Positions 50,822 to 61,265 of a stretch of 64,000 nucleotides of DNA are shown in pieces; position 1 is the first letter of the stretch; each line of letters starts with the position of its first letter. The position numbers and the translations under genes are program-made. The notes beneath the pieces are model-generated. The model was not told the origin of the DNA and searched no databases. It saw nothing but the letters and a program-made list of their open reading frames with translations. This DNA is from Mytilus trossulus (taxonomy: Eukaryota): positions 66,278,001-66,342,000 of the forward strand of contig NC_086378.1 in NCBI RefSeq assembly GCF_036588685.1. Direction: 5' to 3'.

Positions 50822-53201
50822 TCAGCACTTGTATCTCTTACATTCACAACATTGTGGTAACCTTTTCTCTATTCTGATGTACTTATACGGGAAACTATGG
50901 TGACCAGTGGGACAAGCTATCCACATATAGAAGGAACGCTTACAAGACGGAACACATCTGTACACGTATGGGGTCCATTGATTACACGGAACGTGACTGC
51001 AAAGTTGCTTACTGAAATGAAACAAAAAAGTAATCATAAAAATTGTAATAAGTATCAAACTAAAATAAATTCGACAAAATTGGGGAAACAGATAGCTGGA
51101 GACCTTATGGTACATTATTGAAAGAATGAAGGTGGTACCATACACCTTGACGAAATTTAATCTGGCTCTTTTTCTTTAAATTTTGACAAAATATTTACTT
51201 TGACCTTCTGACAACAACATATAATATTCAAAAAACGTGAACAACACACTGTCACAGAGACGTTTGGACAAGCACTAGTTTTGTTTATTGAAAAGAATTT
51301 AATAGAACGTTATTAGTACATTCAGTTGATTTTGAAAGAGTTATCTCCCTGTTATGTAATGATCGTGACTAGGTAACTTTGGTTCTAAAAACATTAAAAG
51401 TTAAACATGTACTTACGGACAATCCAAGTATTTCCAGATTTGATACCAGAAGTAATGCAAGACATAACACATTTTCCCTTGGTACCAGACTTGTTTGGAA
51501 GGGACGTAAGACAGGTATTTATATTTACACATTCCAACCGTCCATACAAACCTGAAAACAAATCAACAATTGATATCCTTCCTTCAATATGTAAATTAAA
51601 AAGAATTGAATCCTGATTAAAATATCTATGTAGCAATGCATATTTATTCATCAATTTGCATGTTGTTTTTTTTATCCTGTAAAATAATTTAGCAAACTGG
51701 TACTTTGACAGTAACCGTTAGATGTATTGTTTTATATATTGAAACGGATAATTTTATTACATTTATTTAATAGCCAACTTCCACTAGCCTATCTTACAAA
51801 GACATTTACCTTATTTCTTTATCTCCCTGTTCTAAGTCCTTAAAATAATCGTTGTCTTCGGGTATACATATTCTTGTAGGATCGGCAACTTCAGCATCAA
51901 CAATATGACAGTTCTTGTCTATTCGTTTTTGATGCGTTTTGTTATTTGATTTTGCCATGTGATTATCGATTTTCCTCTGAGTTCAGTATTTTTGTGATTT
52001 TACTTTTTATTCACTTTTTTTAAATCTTTTCTTTGCTTGGTAACTTAACTGCAATACAACAGTATCAAAACTTACACTGGATTAGCTTCAAACATTAACT
52101 CATTGACAGCTCTATCTGTTTCTACCTTAAGCGTTGTTTCCCTATCTAAACTTCTATTTATTTCAGCTCTACAAATACAAAATAAAAATTTAAACGCAAA
52201 CACTACAGACAAAAATCACGTTTTTGATAATAAAAATGTAGCACTAATGATGACAATGAAAGTTAAAATATAAACATTAAAAGATAAAATTTCAGCAGTA
52301 AGTATAAGGTTAACGATAAAGATATTCTTCAACCTTTATGATAATTATATATCAAAGTAACATAAATTCGTTTTCACATCAATCTGGTTTGTCATAGATT
52401 CATATAGTTAATCCGAAAAAAATATGAGGCTTTTTGGTTGCATTAAAATCTTGTGCAGTCCATTATATTCATTTGAAAGTGTCTCCACCAAATTTAATAG
52501 CCAACTTCCACTAGCCTATCTTACAAAGACATTTACCTTATTTCTTTATCTCCCTGTTCTAAGTCCTTAAAATAATCGTCGTCTTCGGGTATTGGTGGTG
52601 TACATATTCTTGTAGGATCGGCAACCTCAGCATCAACAAATTTATACAGCAAAACTAACACAACCTTCGTATACGTAAACGTTTTATGGTAAAAATAAAA
52701 AAACACAACTAAAACAAACTTCGAACTGTAACAACTTATTAGGTCAAAAACTAACACAACATCAGTAAAACATTTTGATAAAAAACTAACACAACTTGAA
52801 CTACGTACCACTTCTAGTCGAAAAGCAACACACACTTCGTAAGACGTCTTTGAAAAAATATATATACTTGTATATATACATTTTATATTTTAGTTATATT
52901 GCATGGTTCCATCTTATTACACAAGATTGTCATTTTGACAACAAATTTTGCTTTTAAAAGATCGAGTAAAATTGAAAACAAAAAAAAGTTAAAAGATGTG
53001 CTAGAATAACTCAGTTTATACACTTTGTATATAAAGTAAAGTGAAGCGTAAGGCAAAAGAATTTAGAAAAACGAATATTGTTTGAAAACATGAATATTTT
53101 TGATAGTATCATTTATAAAGTGCAAACACTGAATACAGATTTTTTTCGTATTGTTTTACATAAATATTGCTGAAACTTACGAGAATTGTGTGAAACAACA
53201 T
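50822..53201 (-). CDS. Secreted Spaetzle-like cystine-knot protein, type A, copy 3 (188 aa)
   Basis: Exons 53201-53181, 52664-52537, 52168-52076, 51551-51417, 51011-50822. The first ATG is lost (starts MLFHTIL), and exon 5 has an in-frame 3-nt deletion (CNQWTP). Confidence 0.87.
51765..51903 (-). other. Duplicated partial exon 2 (with donor site) inside A3 intron 3
   Basis: Near-copy of ~52492-52639 with an in-frame 9-nt deletion. It abuts a repeat fragment at ~51904-52008. Confidence 0.85.
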
Positions 53202-56200
53202 GATCAGATCTGATCGTATTTAGCATATGTATTTACTCCGAAAGATTTAATCTATACTCTAACGTTGTTCATACACCACGTGAGTTTGTTTCTGTCAATC
53301 TTCATAAACTTAACGAACACGTACATGATTGATATCTCCTTCAGAAATATGCAATGAGATAAATTATGCAAATGAGATTTATAATCACCACGTATATGCA
53401 ACTGACATTAAAAAGACAAGATGTACAGAATCGATGATATTATTCATACAAAATATGTCACAGTGTTGTTTTATTTTTTTAATTGACGTAAATCAATGAC
53501 GATCAAAACCTTGATTTATGAGTTAAAGTGTCCTTTTGGTATATTTAACCTCTTTTCATTATCAATTAATAATGTGTGGCCTTTAGAACCTAGGGTGTCG
53601 AAGGCCTTTCTCGGATATTGTTTGTGGTTGGTTATAGTCATCTTGATAAATGGAAGCAAAAAGATCGTTTAGTAAATTGAGCTAGAAAAAAAACTTGTAC
53701 ATTTTCTAAACGCGACATAGTTTTTATGTTATATTAAAGATGTGCGTACTAACTCATTACCGCTGAAAATGTTAAAAAATATTTCAAAAACTAACTCTTT
53801 CTATATCGGTGGTAGCTAACTATTGTGTGTCAGTACATATACATTATGTAATATATATTGTGTGTATCTCTAACAAATGAAATTTAATTTGTTGACAATG
53901 TGTGAATACATTCCTAACATACCTTTATGTCATAAACTTATCAGTTTGTAAGGTTTCATTCCCAAGTTTTTGTGTAATGTGTTTCCAAAATTAGGAATAC
54001 CCTGTTCTGAGAGATCCTCCAATGTTTGGTGATTTCGCGCATGCCTTCCAAAAATTGCTTATTTTGAGTAGAGGAAAGATTTGCTGCTACGAAAGGTAGC
54101 TAAATTCAAACCAAGCACACTGCCAATGATGCAGAGCAAAAATGATTTCAATCTGATAAAAAATTGACTTAAGTATAACGAATTTTATCTGATGCTGTAT
54201 TTTTTTAATGGACATTGGCAGGATATTGTAAATCACGGGATTGCAGTTATTTTTTCAATCTAGAACTTGCCAATTTTAGTCTTTTTTATGCCATCGGAAT
54301 GATTAAACAATAACATAAACAATTTTATTTGCGGTACGGTGTTGATATAACGAAATCAGCAATGCGCGGTATCATCGGCTGCGCGGACACCGGGAACTCC
54401 ACTGTACATGGTATACATATGTAACACCATTTATTTTAAACATTTGTTTGTTTATTTTTCTCAGTATTTTACATTAAAAAAAATAATATCTTTTCATTTT
54501 GTCTACATACTTTTTAGTCTTGAGCCAGACACAAAACAGGATAGAAACAGTTAAATATGACTTTTATTGATAAAAGAGGTCGGGATATACTAAGGCGTAA
54601 TCCAGAACGTACAATACAAAGCAATATTAGTTGTTATGAAATAACAAGAATGTGTGTGCCTGTCGTATTCCAGTGATGTATTAGAAGTTCTCTTTTTATT
54701 AAATATTTTCAGAATCTAACGGAAAATGTGTGATCTTATTGTTCGTACACAATAGGGAACGAACGATAAGTCATTGGTTGATTTTTAATTGTTTTTTTTT
54801 GGTGTACGCTTTTGAAAATATTACACAAAATGCTTTAGATTCTAAACGGCGAATTGAGTGTTGATGGCAGATATTTGTTAGTCTCTGATGTTGTTCACAA
54901 CTTTTCTAGAATCATAGCAATGGCATTTGGAAGCCTCAATGTCATCCATAAACAAAACGTAAGATATCAGAATTGACACTGACATATTCTCTAAATTTAA
55001 TTCCGGTATACTTTCAGATAGACCGAAATTTCTATAAACAAAAATTAGCAATACTAAAAAAAATTACAAATATAAAAAAACATATGAATGCTAACAAAGT
55101 ATGTTCAGGTTTTTTTTTATTTCCTTTTCGTTAATGTTTGACACTTGCAATTTATAATTGTAGTCTGTGATTTGTTTCGCAAAGCATTGGTGAAAATAGT
55201 CTGATATATTTTTTTCTGTTCCGAAAACGCAATATTGAAAAACATTTTTATGCATAAACTTTTGCACATCATTGAAGACCCATTGTATAGAAAAATCTTT
55301 ATTTTTTACCTCAGGGGAACTGGAATCTTGTTTCTTCTTCTTAACTTTTATTGTTCTGTCCATTTCTACATCAGTAAGTTGTCAACTCCATTGGTTATTG
55401 TTAATATAAGTCTTTATTCTTTCCAGTTCTTTATTAAAAACAGTCTTTGTAAAAAAACATTAAATTGTCAATTGGAAAATCTGAACTGCAGTTCCATAAT
55501 ATTTCCCTAAAATTAAATGAGAACTCCAAACTATTATGTTTTTGACTTGTAGACTTTGTCCAAATATCAACACAATTTTATTAATATCATTTAATAACTA
55601 TGTTCCATCATTTCAGAATTACATTTTCAATCTGTATAATTGTATTTTGTGTAGGTTTCCTCGCGTAAACACAATCCATTCTTCACAATCTACCAAAATA
55701 TTTAATATACATTGAGTGCGGGTTAAATACTTTTTATAATGATGACTAATTTTAACACACCTATGCACATCAGTTGTAGAAGGCTTACATAGAACACAAT
55801 GCTCCTTCAAAAGTGACTTTGAAACAGCAATGTTTAGATATGATCACTATAACCATGTTCATCTTTACAGTTCCCCTGAGGTAAACAAAAAGTATATTTT
55901 TCTATACAAAGGGTCTTCAATGAAATGCAAAAGTTTATGCATCAAAAAATTTCTAAAAGAGGACCAACATATCGTCAACCATCTAAAATAATTTGTAAGG
56001 ATTGACATCAGTTCATTGGCGTTGCTCTTTCATGCTATTGTAAGGGATAGTTATCTGACAAAAACATCAATTGATTCCTATTTGAATAAAGATCTACACA
56101 TTGTGGATATTAACAACGTGGTTCATCTCCAGTGAGTCTTATTTTCGGCCTTTATTTGATAAGTTTGTATATCTTAAATTCATATTGAATGTTTTCCGGA

Positions 56201-56667
56201 TGGGAAAAACCTAATTGACAGTTAGCTCTAGTCTGCAACACTAAACATTTGAGTTTGAACTCTCCTCTTGGCTCCATAGGACTTCGATCATAAGATTGCA
56301 TGTTTTTTCTGACGAATGTCATTGGTTTTCTGTTGATTATTCGGGTTCTTCTGAGCAGGCAAATCGCAATCGTTGAATAGCCTTGATAATACAATCAATC
56401 AATGGACATGCACGCAATTCTTGTACATCTCCTGACGTGTATTAATATACATATGTCAGTGTTAATTCCATGTTATTGTTTCCATAGGAAAAAAAATTAC
56501 AGACATACACATGCATATCGTCAAAATTCAAAGAAGTGAGGGGAGTTTTACTTGGTTCTTTCTCTGACATAACTAAAGTATCTGATGAAAAGTATAATAA
56601 AATTGATGCAGAAATTTCAAAGTTGAAGGTATAAAAAATTGAAAACAACACGTTTCATAAGTACAAT

Positions 56668-56709
56668 GCTTCCGAAGCGCTTTTCTGGATTTACCTTCAT
56701 CAGGAACGC
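56668..56709 (-). ncRNA. Minimal type-I hammerhead ribozyme motif with intact catalytic core (Penelope-type)
   Basis: Minus strand GCGTTC-CTGATGA-AGG taaat CCA-GAAA-AGCGCT-TC-GGAAGC. The upstream sequence resembles that of the two other hammerhead-bearing repeats. Confidence 0.65.
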
Positions 56710-57299
56710 TCAAAGCCAAACATTTGAAATCCTAGGATGTATCAGTACCGAAACCGTTGGAGAGCTATATGTAAAGATATTATTGTAATACTCATTCGGT
56801 ATGTGGATGTTAAAAGTAAGAAACTACAATGTGTCACTGGTCTACTTTTATGATAATGTTCTTTTTTATAGCACATGCAGCATTTAATATTCTAATCGTT
56901 ATCTTCCCGTCAAAGAATTTGGTTAAAAGCAAGATTCCAACCATGTCATACATGTTGTAGAGGTGTCATACTTAAGTTATGGGGAAACATTACATAGTTG
57001 GCTTCCTTAATAAATGCCTTCAGGTTATTGCATATTTAAAAAACAAAATCTTTATTCAACAGAATCAAATACTGTTTTTGTGATTAGTACAGCAGAAAAT
57101 TAATGAAATACATAATTGTTTTTATAGTTAGCAATTTCAAACTCAATATTTCAAAAAAAATTGACAGAAAAAGAGTTTAAAGGAAGCAATTCGCCGACAT
57201 ATTTCCGTATATGCATGTGACCTTACCGTGACTCTTTCTCGTAACAAATGGTGATCACAATACGCGTGGTTTTTTTATTAAGATACATTATCATCTGAT

Positions 57300-57925
57300 T
57301 GTATATGTTATACACATGCTCAATATTCATGCATTTTTGTTGATTGTTTACTTTAAGGTGACTATCGGTAAACTTCGGCTTCAAAACACGGCATTTAATG
57401 AGATGACATATTTGTTAAGTCATAACAGACAGAGAGAAAAAAATTTAAATGATGTTTTCTTAAAAAATGATAAAATCGTTCACAGTAGACTAAGTTAATG
57501 ATATATACATGATTTGTTTCAAGAATTGGATAAACATTATTTTTAACCAGTCACTCGTTTCATATGACTTTAACTTTATTGTCACGACAACAGTCATTGA
57601 CTATTCTACAATACAGATCACATCTACAGAATTTATGCTTGATTGACATCGTAATGTTGCAAGATCCTTCTTTCAAACAAGGATAAAGTAAAATCAAGTC
57701 TGAAGTCGGTCCACGTACTTCAGTCAATACGATATCATTGATACATGTACCAGGTTGGTATGATAAACTGACTGGATGAGTCCTTGATGTGACAGCTCTA
57801 AAATATGACTGTATAAATACTTCATGTTTTGAAGTATTAGACATTTTCAAAACCTTCTTTTCAAATGCATGTGAAACATTATTCAACAAAATAGCCATAA
57901 AAGTGAGTTATCTATATTGACATCC
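57300..57925 (-). pseudogene. Decayed somatomedin-B-domain protein fragment, copy 1
   Basis: ORF 57560-57898 ends GSCNITMSIKHKFCRCDLYCRIVNDCCRD (SMB CxCDxxC-x5-CCxD). The downstream sequence has stops and frameshifts. Confidence 0.6.
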
Positions 57926-60639
57926 ATTTGTTTAAATTGTCTTCAAATTATGTTTTTATTGCCAATATTTTGATTTCAGAAGACATTTAAAAATAGATTC
58001 ATGTGTATTTAGTTTAATATAATTCTCTTACTCGAACATGTTTTTGTATAGAATATTAGAAACACAATGCAAAAAGTAAGAATTGTGCGGAAAAGAATGT
58101 ATTGATTGAACATTGTATATTTTCATTTTTTTCGAGGATACTTTTGCATGTTTGCTAGGATCAGAACGTTAAAAAAGGTAATTATAGAAAAGAGTCAGTA
58201 AGTATAAAGAAGATGAATATTTGTTTTACTAAAACTAAAAAGCTTCTTAATTATCAATTTTATCCTTTTAGATTAGTTACCATTTTCCAAAACTGTCGGT
58301 ACCAAAAACTTAATACTTATATTCAGTGATATAGCATGACATTATTAAAAGTTAACCTGATTTTTTGTTACAATTTCTATGGTTGTGAAAATATTTTTCT
58401 GCTAGAAATTCGAGAAGATGGTATCAATCAAAACGTGTTTTAAAAGGTATTTAATGCAATGTTTTACCAATTTTCTTTGATCTATTTTTTTTTACCTGTT
58501 TCCTACTAAACAGATGAGATTTTCACTTTCTTATTGCAAAACACAAATGGACCATACTTAGATTGATTGTTGATAAAATACAAGTATATATTAACTGATT
58601 GAGAAAAGGTGCCGTGAAACATTTGACACACTGCATAAATAAAATAATTTGAAGAGAGATATATTTACTATGAAGCGTGAAAGAAGATCAAGTTTTACAT
58701 ATTTTGTTAAAATTCTCAAGGTATATAGAACCGAAAGATATTTGTACAGGGTTTGCAAGGTACATATGAATGCCTACTCGTATCAAATATTTTTAGAAAA
58801 ATCGAACTGTTAATGAAAAGTGTCCACCATGCACTTACATTGTACTATTATTAGAATTATAGTAGACTAGAATGATATTCAAATTGATGGAAAACATATA
58901 TACATGTAACTGTTATTTTAATATAATATATAATAACAAATCAGTGTATACTTATATACTTCAATATAATAGTTATTACGGTGAAGTTGAATTTCCTGAC
59001 ATTTATTCATCATCCCCGCACAAACTTGTCTCAGAAAAAATATATCTCTATACATTAACCTCAGTTTCACTTAAAGAGATATGTGATTTTTTTTTTAGAC
59101 AAGTGCTCTTGACCATCCAGTAGAATTTGTGGTCATCCGATTTAAAGCACGTCAGATCTTTGATTAATAACTCGTTATTACTATTTACATTCCAGTGCAC
59201 GTTTTTTCGTATTCTTTTGACACAGCGTTTCCACTCGGACTTGCGGTTTGCGTTGATCGAATTTCTAACGAGTAACTAATGATAGTATCGGCGAATGACG
59301 AAAGATTTGGACAGTGTAAACTCTGTTTTCTACAAACAAATTTGCGTACATATGATTCATAGTAAAACGCCACCACTCAAGTTAATAAAACATATTCACC
59401 TTTCTCCTTGATGTTTTAAATAATTTAGATTCCAGTTAATAATGGATTATTGAAGGATCAATATAATCACGTCAGAGAATTTGGTTAAGGCGTTATTAAT
59501 TAATCAACAACGCTTTTTCATATTGTTATAAAATCTAGAAAAAGAACACCATTATATGTCATATCGATTTTATAGCCATGCTATAATTGTATTTTCTATT
59601 AAAAATGTAGGTAGCAATTACACTAGGAGTGTAATTAATATGCTGTACTCTTTATCTATAATTATTATATTCTTGATTGAGTCGCCAGAAGTAGACTCCG
59701 TAATCAAATGACCAAGACAATGAATAGTTGTCTTCAGTTTATTTACTGTGCTTTTTGTAATCAACCTAACACAGAACAAAAATAACATAAAAGGAAGAAA
59801 GATACAACCCAGGAAATAAAGAAAAATAAATGAAATTGTGGTAAGATTTTGAAAGCTTTATACTTTTACTACTTATAATTTTTTTCTTTCTATAGTTCAG
59901 TACCTAACGGTAAAAAAGAATTAACACTTATGACAAAAGGAATCGTTCTCTATTGTGAATTTTACTACATTTAGACTGGTGTGTTTCTTTGGTCCCTTCT
60001 CATAGAGTGTATATATTTAGTAATCATAAATAACTTTCCTATATTTGCTCAAAGATACAAAGATTTGCTGTGGAATTCTTATAAAAATATCCTAATTTGA
60101 TGGTAATTGTGTTTATTAAGCATGGCGCATGGTATGATAATTGAACTACCATCTATGTAAACAGTATTGATAATTTGACTAAGCTTATTTCTTCAAGGAT
60201 AACCAGTTTTATTTGCTAATTGAAAATTAAGCGGAATAAAATAATTTAAGACTGCAGAGAAGATAATTCTGTTTAATTGGTTATTACTAACCGACTTAAA
60301 TAAAAGAGTGAGCTATTATTACTGTAAATGTATAATGTCTCTAGTCTGGTCAAAGAGTCAGAGTGTCCTACTTAATTAAACGATAAATTGTTGAAATTAG
60401 ATAACTTGTTTTCACGTGCAGAGAAATTTCTTTTATGTCCAATGCATGACCGGATATCATCTTTCTTATTGGTCAATGGCATTGCGGGTCAGCACGAGTT
60501 CACGTGTAAGTGCATTGTGGTCACTTCCTTTTATCATCAGTATTTGATGTGTTAACTTGTGATTCTTATCAAACAATTTGTTCAAAATTCACACCCACAT
60601 ACCGCCCTTTATTTTATCTTTTGATTTTATCTATCTGAT

Positions 60640-61265
60640 TGTATATGTTATACACATGCTCAATATTCATGCATTTTTGTTGATTGTTTACTTTAAGGTG
60701 ACTATCGGTAAACTTCGGCTTCAAAACACGGCATTTAATGAGATGACATATTTGTTAAGTCATAACAGACAGAGAGAAAAAAATTTAAATGATGTTTTCT
60801 TAAAAAATGATAAAATCGTTCACAGTAGACTAAGTTAATGATATATACATGATTTGTTTCAAGAATTGGATAAACATTATTTTTAACCAGTCACTCGTTT
60901 CATATGACTTTAACTTTATTGTCACGACAACAGTCATTGACTATTCTACAATACAGATCACATCTACAGAATTTATGCTTGATTGACATCGTAATGTTGC
61001 AAGATCCTTCTTTCAAACAAGGATAAAGTAAAATCAAGTCTGAAGTCGGTCCACGTACTTCAGTCAATACGATATCATTGATACATGTACCAGGTTGGTA
61101 TGATAAACTGACTGGATGAGTCCTTGATGTGACAGCTCTAAAATATGACTGTATAAATACTTCATGTTTTGAAGTATTAGACATTTTCAAAACCTTCTTT
61201 TCAAATGCATGTGAAACATTATTCAACAAAATAGCCATAAAAGTGAGTTATCTATATTGACATCC
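60640..61265 (-). pseudogene. Decayed somatomedin-B-domain protein fragment, copy 2
   Basis: Identical ORF at 60900-61238 in the duplicated unit. Confidence 0.6.

Larger units (their letters stand above)
41795..53630 (-). repeat. Third copy of the A+B module (same orientation as the right arm; homologous to ~20395-32470)
   Basis: AGACCATTTGTTGAA start is shared with 20395. Colinear through B and A to GGCCTTTCTCGGATATT (~53605-53620 vs ~32445-32460). Confidence 0.92.
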
